Source of the DNA: Bacteroidota bacterium
GTDB taxonomy: Bacteria; Bacteroidota; Bacteroidia; Bacteroidales; UBA10428
Assembly (NCBI GenBank): GCA_003252385.1
Contig: QKEH01000137.1
Coordinates: 6,598-70,597 of the forward strand
DNA: 64,000 nt
Reading direction: 5' to 3'
The position numbers and the translations under genes are program-made. The notes under the pieces are model-generated. The model was not told the origin of the DNA and ran no database searches. It saw nothing but the letters and a program-made list of their open reading frames with translations. Below are positions 53,321 to 63,093 of the stretch, one piece after another; the stretch's first letter is position 1, and every line of letters begins with the position of its first letter.

Positions 53321-53346
53321 CGCCTTACATTTCAAACTGGCAATTT

Positions 53347-54099
53347 ATGCTTCGCAAACTGGCAAATTGGCTTTATCTGCCCTACCGATGGCTGTTTTAC
53401 ATTCCATTTTTCTTTATTAACACCCTGTTTTTCGGCACTTTGGCTGTTCTTATGTCGCTGCTTTTTAATGCCCGCATAGGTAGCTACTTTGGAGGGGTAC
53501 TGTGGGCACGCTTTAATTCGTTGCTGGTTCCCATGCTGCCCAGCGTAACCGGCAGGGAACACATCGACCCGAAGACTTCCTATGTGGTGCTGGCCAACCA
53601 CCAGAGTATGTACGATATTTTTCTCCTCTACGGGTGGATTGGTATCGATATCAAATGGGTGATGAAGAAAGAACTGCGCAAGGTACCCGGACTGGGATTT
53701 GGCAGCGAGAAGGTGGGACACATTTTTCTGGATCGCTCGAACAGCCGTGCGGCAGTTCAAAGTTTGGAAGAAGCCAAACGCAAGCTGGTAAACGGTACGT
53801 CGGTGGTTATTTTCCCCGAAGGCACCCGCAGCCCCGATGGATCTTTGGGTCCCTTCAAACGCGGAGCCTTTAAGCTGGCCATGGATCTTGAACTTCCCAT
53901 ACTTCCGGTAACCCTTGTAAACACCCGAAAGATACTACCCGCCAAAGGCCTGCAGTTGCTTCCCGGAAGAGTCCAAATGCATATCCACGCCCCTATTGAC
54001 ACCAGCAGCTACCCGGACGATTCGATGCAAGAACTTATGGATCGTGTAAAAAGAGATATTCTCAGCGCAGCTCCCGAAACGGTTACTTCCCAAGAATAA
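53347..54099 (+). CDS. 1-acyl-sn-glycerol-3-phosphate acyltransferase (PlsC family)
   Basis: HxxxxD motif (NHQSMYDI), FPEGTRS and PILPV blocks, and an N-terminal TM helix. Confidence 0.85.
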   Translation: MLRKLANWLYLPYRWLFYIPFFFINTLFFGTLAVLMSLLFNARIGSYFGGVLWARFNSLLVPMLPSVTGREHIDPKTSYVVLANHQSMYDIFLLYGWIGIDIKWVMKKELRKVPGLGFGSEKVGHIFLDRSNSRAAVQSLEEAKRKLVNGTSVVIFPEGTRSPDGSLGPFKRGAFKLAMDLELPILPVTLVNTRKILPAKGLQLLPGRVQMHIHAPIDTSSYPDDSMQELMDRVKRDILSAAPETVTSQE

Positions 54100-54286
54100 T
54101 CCTTCCGCCAGCCTCTTCAAAAAGTATAACTGGGATCGGCTTTTGTTGATATTCTGACACGTGAAGCGCTTCAAAAAACTGGACTTAGGCTTTGCATTTT
54201 TGTACCTTTATTAATCGGGGGCAACGGTATTGGTTCGGTGTAAATACGGTAACCGAAATGCAAGTGGTTCAATAATATTCAGCAAC

Positions 54287-55522
54287 ATGAAAACTCAAAA
54301 ATTACTTCGCAGACCCTATAAAGTACTCTGTTTTTTGTGGGTGGTCGTAATGGGTTTATGGGCCTGTCATAAGGAAAACCCCGAAGAATACCATTACCAG
54401 TATGTAACCGATTACGAACAGGTTAACACACTGGTGAAAAGCACCATCGGCAACCTGTATGCCTTGGGCGCCATACAAGAACCCACCCTGTTAAATCTGA
54501 CGGAAAGCATTCAAAGCAGCGTTACGATCTACAAAATTTCCTACACCACCACCTTTCAGGGATATTCCAAAATTGCATCGGGCTTGCTGTGCATTCCTAC
54601 GGAACAAGGCACCTATCCGCTGATTTGTTTTCAGAATGGTACCAATACTTCCCATGCCCAAGCACCTACCCAATCCTATTCCAATGCGACTTTCACCCTT
54701 ATCACCAGCCTGGCCGGGCAGGGCTACATCCTGCTCATTCCCGATTATTTCGGTTTCGGATCGGCCAGCGACGTCGTTCATCCCTTCCTGGAAAAGGAAA
54801 GCAGCAACCGGTCCATTCTGGATATGATCCGCGCAACACGCGAATTTTTAGATCATTACGAAGGTGAGGCCACGTACAGCAACAAGTTGTATCTGATGGG
54901 CTATTCGCAGGGCGGATGGGCCACGGCGTGTTTATTAGAAGCCCTGGAGAAAGAAAATACCACCGGATTTGAGGTAAAGGCTGCATCGTGCGGTGCGGGA
55001 GCCTACAATCTGGAATCGGTTGCAGCATACATGCTTTCACGCGACAGCTTACCCAGCCCCCTGTACCTGCCCTATTTGGTGTATTCCCATCAGAAATACG
55101 GAACGCTCACCGGCAATCTGAATACTTATTTCATGGAACCGTTTGCCTCCCGGATTCCCCAACTTTTTGATGGCAGTCTCAGTAATACGGAAGTGAACGA
55201 TCAACTTACTCACCGCGTAAGCGATTTATTGACGGCTCAATTTATCGACCAATTCGAAACCGATACTACATTCAACAGCCTAAAAGTGGAACTGGCAGCT
55301 AACAGTCTGTATGCCTTCACAACCCGTGCAGCCGTGCATTTGTACCACGGCGATCACGATGAGAATGTTCCCTTCAGCGAGTCGGAACAGTTGTACCGGG
55401 GGTTTCTGGAACTAAATCCTTCTGTCCGTCCCGAATTGCTCCCATTATCTGGGCTCAACCACTCCACCGGAGTAACCCCTTGGGGGGTAGCTACCCTATT
55501 GTGGTTCAATAGCATGCAATAA
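54287..55522 (+). CDS. Alpha/beta hydrolase lipoprotein (lipase/esterase-like)
   Basis: Start moved to MKTQKLLRRPYKVLCFLWVVVMGLWAC (lipobox). Nucleophile elbow GYSQGG; late HGDHDENVP. Confidence 0.68.
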   Translation: MKTQKLLRRPYKVLCFLWVVVMGLWACHKENPEEYHYQYVTDYEQVNTLVKSTIGNLYALGAIQEPTLLNLTESIQSSVTIYKISYTTTFQGYSKIASGLLCIPTEQGTYPLICFQNGTNTSHAQAPTQSYSNATFTLITSLAGQGYILLIPDYFGFGSASDVVHPFLEKESSNRSILDMIRATREFLDHYEGEATYSNKLYLMGYSQGGWATACLLEALEKENTTGFEVKAASCGAGAYNLESVAAYMLSRDSLPSPLYLPYLVYSHQKYGTLTGNLNTYFMEPFASRIPQLFDGSLSNTEVNDQLTHRVSDLLTAQFIDQFETDTTFNSLKVELAANSLYAFTTRAAVHLYHGDHDENVPFSESEQLYRGFLELNPSVRPELLPLSGLNHSTGVTPWGVATLLWFNSMQ

Positions 55523-55567
55523 AAAAAGTTCCTTCGGAATACCGTATTTGCACCAAATGGCCTATTT

Positions 55568-56173
55568 TTGTCCTATCCGATCACCGATGAATCAACCCGC
55601 AAATTGAGCAACCTAAAAATTCTTTGGATCTTGAAAACACCAATTTTCTTTTTTCTGGCCGTTCTTGGCGGTACCGCGTTGAATCTTACCTATGCACAGC
55701 CCCAAACCAGTTACAACGTGCACCGGGAGTACGATAAACAGGGTACGCTGATACAATACGACTCCAGTGTGGTTACTTCGTGGCACACCGATACCCTCTG
55801 GGCCGACAACGATTCGTTGATCACTTCCTGGCAAATTAGCCCCGATAGTACCCGACCATCCACCGCAGAAAATCATTTAGCGGGCATGAATACTCTCTTT
55901 CCGGACGGATTTGAGATTCAGATTCCAAGCCTTAACGGCTATTTTCCACAGGAAGAAATCGACCATATCCTGGAAGAATTCACAGAAGTGATGATCCGTT
56001 TTGATGTAGACAACCACCTGAATCAAATGGAACAAATATTCCAGAAACTTCAGAGTGACATGGAGCAGGAATTTGTCCGGCCCGGAATACACCCTTCTGC
56101 CGACTCTACGCAAGTGACACCCTCCGATCCTAGAGATCCGCAGGAGTTTCAGGATAATTTTCTGGAACTGTAA
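55568..56173 (+). CDS. Hypothetical secreted protein (start uncertain)
   Basis: The tracked TTG start overlaps a TATTTTTG -7 box (55563..55570). The more likely start is the TTG at 55631, giving (M)KTPIFFFLAVLGGTALNLTYAQ. I recognise no motif. Confidence 0.5.
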   Translation: MSYPITDESTRKLSNLKILWILKTPIFFFLAVLGGTALNLTYAQPQTSYNVHREYDKQGTLIQYDSSVVTSWHTDTLWADNDSLITSWQISPDSTRPSTAENHLAGMNTLFPDGFEIQIPSLNGYFPQEEIDHILEEFTEVMIRFDVDNHLNQMEQIFQKLQSDMEQEFVRPGIHPSADSTQVTPSDPRDPQEFQDNFLEL

Positions 56174-56239
56174 AATCAACCGCGCCCAACCTGATCCTGG
56201 TATTCTCACGAGCAATCTCCATCAGCCTTCACCTGAACC

Positions 56240-57187
56240 ATGCAAATTTTACTCCATCGATTTAATAAAAATCTGGTAGTATGGGTACTACTACTGGGGG
56301 TGGTTGCCTATCTCCTACCCGGACTTTTTACCCCACTCCGCGCCTCCATCAATGGATTCTTTGCCCTGGCTATGTTTGGTATCGGTCTGGTGCTTCCTAC
56401 CGATAGCTACCGGCACATGGTCAGTTCGCCGGGCCGAATTGTTTTTGGTGTACTTTGTCAGTTTACCATCATGCCGCTATTGGCGCTGCTAACCAGTATA
56501 GTGTTTAAGCTGTCGCCCGAGTGGACCCTGGGCCTGATTCTGACCGGAGCCGCCCCGGGTGCCATGACCAGCAATGTGATAGCCCACCTTTCCAAGGCAG
56601 ACGTGAGCTACTCGGTAGCCCTTACGGCAGTATCCACTCTGCTGTGTCCGGTACTGACCCCGCTCATTACCCTTACCCTTGCAGGTACACGCATACCCAT
56701 TGCCTTTTGGCCTATGTTTATTACCATTGCCGGAGTGGTGTTTTTGCCGTTACTTTTGGGATTAGCCGTTCGGTATTTTATCCCAGGCCTGGTACGCCAA
56801 TTACACGAATGGCCCTCCACGCTTTCGGTGTTAGCTATCCTCGTGGTTACATCGTACGTTATTGCAGCCAATCACGAAAATCTAGAATATGCTTCGTTTA
56901 TTTTGTTTGTGGCAGTGATGTTTCACAATGCACTTGGGATGGCCCTTGGTTATGTCTCGGGATACCTGATTCGTTTGGATCATCTGCGTCGGAAAACACT
57001 GTCTATTGAAGTAGGTATGCAAAATGCAGGTCTTGGAGTGGTTCTGGCTCTGGCTCATTTTGGACATGCTGTAGCCATTCCGGCAGCTCTGTTTACGATA
57101 TGGTGCATTCTTACAGCCTCGTTGTTGGTCTACTTCTGGAAATATATGGAACGTATTCGTACCCGGGAGGATGAATGCCTTTCCTAA
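56240..57187 (+). CDS. Bile acid:sodium symporter (BASS) family transporter
   Basis: About 9-10 TM helices with the family signature GLILTGAAPGAMTSNVIAHLSKADVSYSVALTAVSTLL and IEVGMQNAGLG. Confidence 0.85.
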   Translation: MQILLHRFNKNLVVWVLLLGVVAYLLPGLFTPLRASINGFFALAMFGIGLVLPTDSYRHMVSSPGRIVFGVLCQFTIMPLLALLTSIVFKLSPEWTLGLILTGAAPGAMTSNVIAHLSKADVSYSVALTAVSTLLCPVLTPLITLTLAGTRIPIAFWPMFITIAGVVFLPLLLGLAVRYFIPGLVRQLHEWPSTLSVLAILVVTSYVIAANHENLEYASFILFVAVMFHNALGMALGYVSGYLIRLDHLRRKTLSIEVGMQNAGLGVVLALAHFGHAVAIPAALFTIWCILTASLLVYFWKYMERIRTREDECLS

Positions 57188-57276
57188 AATTAAGCCAGGC
57201 ACATTCCTTATCACAGTACACTACCCATCTTTTGACTGATTGTCTTGCCCGAAGCAATACGCATTCGTGCTACATG

Positions 57277-57666
57277 CTATCCTTCAATATCGCTCAAATG
57301 CAGGTTTAGGGCCCGCACCGATATTTGAATTTCCCAGGCGGATACAGCCAACGATATGATTAGCAGTACGAGGGCAATGCCAAAGATAATTTCGGCTATG
57401 GCCATCCACTCAATGTAAAGCAGAAACATGCACACCACACAAAGTAACAGGCTTAAAATTCCGAACAATTGCATATTCCGGATCAGATAAATTCGCCGGC
57501 GCAGATTTTTGATCTGTCCAAAAAGAACGGCGTTGTGGTTCTCCTTGTACATGGTATGTAAATTACGTACCAGCTGCGCAATGCTTAAAAAACGATTGGT
57601 GTAGGCCAACAGCAACAACGATATGGCCGAAAACAAGAGTGCCGGAGTGGTTAAGGATAAATGCAT
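57277..57666 (-). CDS. DUF2721-like small membrane protein
   Basis: PALLFSAISLLLLAYTNRF...IKNLRRRIYLIRNMQ... with 3 TM helices is the typical family pattern. Confidence 0.6.
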   Translation of the reverse strand: MHLSLTTPALLFSAISLLLLAYTNRFLSIAQLVRNLHTMYKENHNAVLFGQIKNLRRRIYLIRNMQLFGILSLLLCVVCMFLLYIEWMAIAEIIFGIALVLLIISLAVSAWEIQISVRALNLHLSDIEG

Positions 57667-57856
57667 GCCTGGATAAGTATAGTAACGCTAAGTTACTATT
57701 TTGTCTACAGAGATACCAGCCAGCACCCCTGGAAAAATCAAATATATTGTATGAGACACCTACCTGATTTAAAAACAATAGAGGCTCAGTTCTTAGATTT
57801 ATCCCGGAAAGATGGATGGTTGTATTGAAAGATAGGCACTACACCATGGCAGTGAA

Positions 57857-58354
57857 CTAGTGAAGATATTTTGCCAGGGTTTCCAGCAGCACTTTGTAAC
57901 GAATGGGTTTGGCAAGAAAATCACTACACCCGACTGCTGCACAATTTCGTTGATCTTCCTCCATGGCAAAAGCGGTTTGGGCAATAATGACCAAATCTTT
58001 ACGAAACGATCTGATGCTGCGAGTGGCTTCCAATCCATTCATCTCGGGCATTTTAATATCCATGAGTATGATATCGAGATGAGGAGTCACTTTGGCAATT
58101 TCGACCGCTTCGCGTCCATTTTTTGCTCGTAGGATAGTAATATTAGTTCTTTGAAGTGCCGTTTGCAGGTAAACAAAATTAGTTTCCTCATCCTCTGCAA
58201 CCAATACCGTATGGTTCGACCAATCGTGAGTTGCTTTTTCGCTATTGGATTGGGCATTCGGCATTGACATTCCTCTTTCGTTCATATTCATCAACTTATA
58301 TCTGCGCTCAGCGAGCTGGTGCGATATGGTTCGGTTCGTAGTTAGCAGGTTCAT
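57857..58354 (-). CDS. Single-domain response regulator (receiver only)
   Basis: VLVAEDEE, IILMDIKMPEMNG, IIAQTAFA and DFLAKP. There is no output domain. Confidence 0.85.
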   Translation of the reverse strand: MNLLTTNRTISHQLAERRYKLMNMNERGMSMPNAQSNSEKATHDWSNHTVLVAEDEETNFVYLQTALQRTNITILRAKNGREAVEIAKVTPHLDIILMDIKMPEMNGLEATRSIRSFRKDLVIIAQTAFAMEEDQRNCAAVGCSDFLAKPIRYKVLLETLAKYLH

Positions 58355-58523
58355 AGTTGGCTCTTGAAAACAGATACTATACGGAACGTTTGCCTTAAAA
58401 GTTTGTATTCAGCCTAAAAACAATGGATTTACACGACAATATTGTTATTAAAATAACACAAAAACATCCTGCAACTGATGATCCCATGGTCCTTTAGTAC
58501 CTTGTAAAGTACTTTGATCAACT

Positions 58524-59441
58524 CTACTTAATATCGTTTGGGTCGTAGGGTGTTAGTTGGTAAACGTAGTAATTCAGCCAGTTGGAAAACAACAAATGGG
58601 CGTGGCTTTTCCATCGAATCTGTGGCGCTTCACCGGGGTCGTTGTTTGGAAAGTAGTTTTTTGGAATGGCAATGTCAAGGCCTTTTTGAATGTCCCTTTC
58701 ATATTCTTCCTTCAAGGTGGATGGATCGTATTCGGCATGCCCTGTTATAAACACCCGGCGGCCATTCTTTGAAATCAGCAGGTAAATACCTGCTTCTTCC
58801 GATTCGGCAATCACTTCCAAATCGTCAATGGTATCTACATCGCCATGCCGGATTTCGGTATACCGCGAATGAGGGGCAGAAAACACTTCATCAAACCCTC
58901 TGATGATGGGCGACAACGGATTCTTGATGGTGTGATCGAATACTCCCGACATCTTTTCCGTTAGTTCGTGTTTTGGGACACCGTAAAAGTGGTAAAGCCC
59001 TGCCTGAGCTCCCCAGCAAATGAACATGGTTGACGTAACATGGTTCTTCGACCAATCCATAATACGCTGCATCTCATCCCAGTAATCCACTTCCTCAAAT
59101 TGGAGATGCTCGATGGGGGCGCCCGTAATAATAAGTCCGTCCAGTTTCTCCTTCTCAATCTGATCGAAGGTTTTGTAGAACGATTCGAGATGCTCCTTGG
59201 GGGTGTTGCGCGATTCGTGATTGGCTGGATGCAACAGCACAATTTCCACCTGCAACGGGCTGTTGGATAACAAACGCAACAAGTGCGTTTCCGTTTTTAT
59301 TTTCTGCGGCATCAGATTAAGAATCGCCACGCGAAGAGGACGAATATCCTGATGAATGGCTTGAGTTTCCTGCATTACGAAAATATTCTCGCTCCGCAAT
59401 ACATCAACGGCCGGAAGTTTATCGGGGATGTTTAATGGCAT
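58524..59441 (-). CDS. metA: Homoserine O-acyltransferase MetA
   Basis: Collinear with E. coli MetA: [59 protein letters not shown]. Confidence 0.92.
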   Translation of the reverse strand: MPLNIPDKLPAVDVLRSENIFVMQETQAIHQDIRPLRVAILNLMPQKIKTETHLLRLLSNSPLQVEIVLLHPANHESRNTPKEHLESFYKTFDQIEKEKLDGLIITGAPIEHLQFEEVDYWDEMQRIMDWSKNHVTSTMFICWGAQAGLYHFYGVPKHELTEKMSGVFDHTIKNPLSPIIRGFDEVFSAPHSRYTEIRHGDVDTIDDLEVIAESEEAGIYLLISKNGRRVFITGHAEYDPSTLKEEYERDIQKGLDIAIPKNYFPNNDPGEAPQIRWKSHAHLLFSNWLNYYVYQLTPYDPNDIK

Positions 59442-59458
59442 GAGTACTGTATTTCACA

Positions 59459-59466
59459 CAAAAATA
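59459..59466 (-). promoter_or_regulatory. -7 promoter box (TATTTTTG on the minus strand) upstream of metA
   Basis: CAAAAATA on the + strand, 18-25 nt upstream of the metA ATG. Confidence 0.4.
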
Positions 59467-59653
59467 GAATTTATATGAAACCCCTGCTAACGATTAACGG
59501 TAAAACGGCTTATAAATAATTTACGTCGTCTAACTACTTCGAACAGACATTCCAGCAGGAAAGAATAAGCAGTATTAAACACTTGAATTGAAACACATTA
59601 CAACTTTGGCATTCCTTTTGCAATACTACAGTTAAACCATTAAGCATTGTGTC

Positions 59654-60553
59654 ATGAGAAAAATTACCATTGTATTGGTTGCGCTGTTGACCACGTTAAC
59701 AGCCTATAATCAGACCTCAAGGAGATCAACCGATAATACGAAAGATAGAACCACCACCACCCGAACCTCCACAACTGGCACCAGTACCCGTAGTTCGGCT
59801 GCGCCCGTTCGCTCAACTTCTACAGAAACACGCAGTACAGCGAGCCCTGATCGAAGTTCGGCCACACCAACACGTAATTCAAGTGCCACCCGGAACGAAT
59901 CAACGGTACGTCCTGCCGACCGCAGTCGGACTACTACCACTACCGCCACCACCACCACCACCCGTGCTACTCATCCGTCCAATGAGCGCAGCCATAGCAC
60001 GCAAAACGTGGCTCCGGCCCGTAGAACCAGCAACGAGTATGTGGTAGAATACGCATCGCCAAGAGTGGAACGTACTGTACACCACACCCATCACCATTAC
60101 AACACGCCTCCGGCTACCCGCGAGTACCGACGTGAACATTACGCCTGCCGTCCTCCTGTGCATATCGAGTTTGTCTGGACACCTCAAATTCGTACCCGGT
60201 TTATTACCATTTATCCCATGGTACAGCACTGGGAATACCACGAAGGCCGTCGCTTCGAAGCTATATCTTCGTACGATGCCATTTACTATCGGGGTGAAGT
60301 AGCCACAGTGTATGGCGAGGTAAACGAGGTGTACTATTCCAGGGCCACCGATGAATACTTCTTATATTTTGGCCCCTTCTACCCGCACCAGGATTTTACC
60401 GTGGTGATGCCCGGATATCTGGCCCGCAGCTACAGTCGCAATCCGAGCCGTTATTTTACACGGCAGTATATGGCGGTAAATGGATTAATTACCACCTACG
60501 AAGGAGAACCCGAAATCTATGTTAAAGAAGATTTTCAGGTAAATTTCTACTAA
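59654..60553 (+). CDS. Secreted protein with a Thr/Ser/Arg low-complexity region and a conserved-looking C-terminal domain
   Basis: Signal peptide (LVALLTTLTAYNQ). About 110 aa of T/S/R-rich sequence, including TTTTTATTTTT. The C-terminal ~120 aa (YYRGEVATVYGEVNEVYY...FTVVMPG...GLITTYEGEPEIYV) look like a small beta/OB-like module. Confidence 0.6.
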   Translation: MRKITIVLVALLTTLTAYNQTSRRSTDNTKDRTTTTRTSTTGTSTRSSAAPVRSTSTETRSTASPDRSSATPTRNSSATRNESTVRPADRSRTTTTTATTTTTRATHPSNERSHSTQNVAPARRTSNEYVVEYASPRVERTVHHTHHHYNTPPATREYRREHYACRPPVHIEFVWTPQIRTRFITIYPMVQHWEYHEGRRFEAISSYDAIYYRGEVATVYGEVNEVYYSRATDEYFLYFGPFYPHQDFTVVMPGYLARSYSRNPSRYFTRQYMAVNGLITTYEGEPEIYVKEDFQVNFY

Positions 60554-60579
60554 TTAGCTCATAAAGCTTTAAAGGAAAG

Positions 60580-60608
60580 AAGGTTGCCCTGAAAAGGCAG
60601 CCTTTTTT
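60580..60608 (+). terminator. Rho-independent terminator
   Basis: AGGTTGCC / GGCAGCCT stem (one G-U pair) with a 7-nt loop and T6. Confidence 0.65.
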
Positions 60609-60877
60609 GTTTCATGCGGTAATAGGGTGAGATTCAAAGGGGTTTACCTGGAAAAACATTCGAATGGTCAAAAAGAATGACAAGAAAAGTTGTTTTATTC
60701 GGCATTTTTATTTGTTTTGCCAGTGCATTACAACGAATTTCACATTAACCGTAACAAACTACTCCTTGATAGATTTACATACAGTACATCGCATCCTTGC
60801 GATGTGGCCAAGACTTGTATCTTTAACTACAAGAAATAGCTTTACTCATCAGGTCGTATGCCATAATTATGCAAAAT

Positions 60878-60885
60878 TATATTTG
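60878..60885 (+). promoter_or_regulatory. -7 promoter box TATATTTG upstream of the PD40/PKD gene
   Basis: TAnnTTTG match 20 nt upstream of the ATG at 60905. A perfect hairpin CATCGCA-TCCT-TGCGATG lies ~75 nt further upstream. Confidence 0.4.
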
Positions 60886-60904
60886 TAAATTTAGGTAACC
60901 TGCC

Positions 60905-62053
60905 ATGATGAAAAACAGCAACATAGCACGCCTCGGGTTTGAAAAAATCAAATGGGCAGTAGTGGTGGCTCATGCGCTCATCTTAGCCCCTGTTGTGGCT
61001 ACTGAGCCTGGTATGTTTCATACCGATCTGGCTGAGGTGAGTGCTAAAACCCGTAAAGAGATTTATGCCAAAGCCCACCCCTTCCTTCCTTTTCCGTTTT
61101 CCGATGCGTTTACTTCGCCACTGAATTACCATTTTTTCTCGACCGACAGCACTTTGTATTTCAGTGCCTCGTTCCCCGATAGTTACGGTAAAAGCGACCT
61201 GTACATGTCGAAGTGGGAAAATGGCGAATGGGGTGCCCCACAAAATCTGGGAACTTCCATCAATACCATCTATAGCGAGTCGTATCCCTACTTCACCGAA
61301 TCGGGAAAGCTCTTGTTCAGTTCCGATCGCAAAGGAGGATACGGAGGGCTTGACAACTACTACTCCATTCTGGCCGATACCGGCTGGATGCACCCCGTAC
61401 TGCTTGACTCAACCCTAAATTCTTCCAGGGACGATTATGCCTTAATCAGTTTTGATGATTTAAAAAGCGGGTATTTTACCTCCGATAAAGCCTCGAAAAA
61501 CACACTCTACGGATTTAGCCGCAATGTCGAGTTCTTCAACACGTGCTCCGAAGCACATAAACGAAGCTATTGCTATACCTTTACCGATAACCGGCTCATG
61601 CCTCCGGACAGCATTCGCCCCCGATACGAATGGACGTTTAGCACGGGTGATGCACTACAAGGGAAAGAAGTGACAGCGTGTTTTCCTCATGCCGGCGAGT
61701 ACCAGCTCATTTTACGCGTGATCGATGAGATAACTGGCGATACTCTGAATGCCCCGATCCAGCAACTTGTGGTTATTCCGGAAATTGAGCAACCGGTTAT
61801 CCACATCGATGCTCCCTACCGTTCCCAAGCAATGCTGACTTTTGATGCCTCAGACAGCTACCTGCCCCAACTCAATAGTATCGACTACATCTGGGATTTT
61901 GGCGATGATACGTTTGCCCTTGGAATGCAGGCAGTGCATGCTTTCCACATGGAAGGGCACTATACCATAAAACTGGCCGTAACCGGGTTTATCGCCAACG
62001 GACAGCGTGAACACCATTGCATTTATCAGCAAATCGAAGTACGGAATGAGTAA
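60905..62053 (+). CDS. PD40 (TolB-like beta-propeller repeat) plus PKD-domain protein
   Basis: PD40-like repeats (LYFSASFPDSYGKSDLYMSKWENGEWGAPQNLG; PYFTESGKLLFSSDRKGGYGGLDNY). Two PKD-like units (YEWTFSTGD...GEYQLILRV; YIWDFGDD...GHYTIKLAV). Confidence 0.7.
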   Translation: MMKNSNIARLGFEKIKWAVVVAHALILAPVVATEPGMFHTDLAEVSAKTRKEIYAKAHPFLPFPFSDAFTSPLNYHFFSTDSTLYFSASFPDSYGKSDLYMSKWENGEWGAPQNLGTSINTIYSESYPYFTESGKLLFSSDRKGGYGGLDNYYSILADTGWMHPVLLDSTLNSSRDDYALISFDDLKSGYFTSDKASKNTLYGFSRNVEFFNTCSEAHKRSYCYTFTDNRLMPPDSIRPRYEWTFSTGDALQGKEVTACFPHAGEYQLILRVIDEITGDTLNAPIQQLVVIPEIEQPVIHIDAPYRSQAMLTFDASDSYLPQLNSIDYIWDFGDDTFALGMQAVHAFHMEGHYTIKLAVTGFIANGQREHHCIYQQIEVRNE

Positions 62054-62057
62054 TCGC

Positions 62058-63077
62058 ATGCAATATTCAAGGAATACAGCTCTCCGGTCTGCCTGCTCCA
62101 GAAGTGTCTGGTTCCGCCCGTTAATCGGCCTTGTAACCGTGATAATGGCTTTAACGCCGGGATGGAGCCAGCCTGTTCCTGCAGAAGAAGAAAATATCCC
62201 CTATTTAGTGACCTTCGGAAACCATGCGGATCGGGCCTGGGGCGATGATGATTTTTGCCAGATTTTTTTCTGTGTACTTCCCAAAGAACGTGTTGAACCG
62301 GTTTACATTCGCATTTTTGATCCAAATACCGGAGGAATGTTCGATGAAGCCAAAGGCAGCTTCAATACCCGGATCAGTTTTCAGATTTATGGAGGAACCG
62401 GATGCTGGTCGACCAACGATGCGAAGAACACCGATCCCATTGGCAACTATAAAAGCGGCATTGAGCTGGATGCGCAAACCTTTGGCGACGAAGCTACCTA
62501 CGATGACAAGTGGTACACCTTCGGCCCCTTTAACCCCTCGGAGGGTGAGCTGGTTCCGCGTTTGGGAGGCCGGGTGCTAAAAATTGTTGCCGAAGGTATT
62601 TCCGGTGATGATGGTAACCTGTACCGCTATTTTGTAAGCAAAAGCCCAAACGAAAACCTGCCGGTGGAAGGATGTAACCTCTTTACCTATGAGTACACGT
62701 TTCGTCTTTCCGATTCTAAAAAATCCATATCGCAAGTCTACCCCTATATTGATGAAGAAACCATTTCGGTAAAGGTTTCCAATTTTGATTGGGATAACGA
62801 CGGCTCCATCAGGGTATTTAGCCTGGTGAAAAACGGATTGCCCTGCCAGGTTTCCGGACAGGGCAGTTGGCTGCAACAGGAATTTCGCATAGAGAACGAG
62901 GAAAAAAACACCTCCCTGGAGATACAGTTTATTAAAAACTCTGCGAAGGATATCCTGAACAACAATGTTTGCATTACCGTGCAAAACCAATATGGCCACT
63001 CGCTTCCCTTTTTCGTAATCCCCATTGGCGGAGCCCCGGTGTATTTACCAAAAATACTGATGCGTCCTGCCAACTAA
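62058..63077 (+). CDS. Hypothetical secreted/membrane-anchored protein
   Basis: The tracked ORF starts at 62007, inside the upstream gene. ATG at 62058 (or 62046) gives MQYSRN...LIGLVTVIMALTPGWSQ. Beta-rich sequence with no motif I recognise. Confidence 0.55.
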   Translation: MQYSRNTALRSACSRSVWFRPLIGLVTVIMALTPGWSQPVPAEEENIPYLVTFGNHADRAWGDDDFCQIFFCVLPKERVEPVYIRIFDPNTGGMFDEAKGSFNTRISFQIYGGTGCWSTNDAKNTDPIGNYKSGIELDAQTFGDEATYDDKWYTFGPFNPSEGELVPRLGGRVLKIVAEGISGDDGNLYRYFVSKSPNENLPVEGCNLFTYEYTFRLSDSKKSISQVYPYIDEETISVKVSNFDWDNDGSIRVFSLVKNGLPCQVSGQGSWLQQEFRIENEEKNTSLEIQFIKNSAKDILNNNVCITVQNQYGHSLPFFVIPIGGAPVYLPKILMRPAN

Positions 63078-63093
63078 CTCTAATCCTGCACCT

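Noticed and set aside
59442-59653. Possible SAM riboswitch in the metA leader
   Set aside because: The -7 box lies only ~20 nt from the ATG, which implies a short leader. I could not recognise SAM-I, SAM-II or SAM-SAH consensus elements. The only feature is a generic CCTGCT/AGCAGG pairing further upstream.
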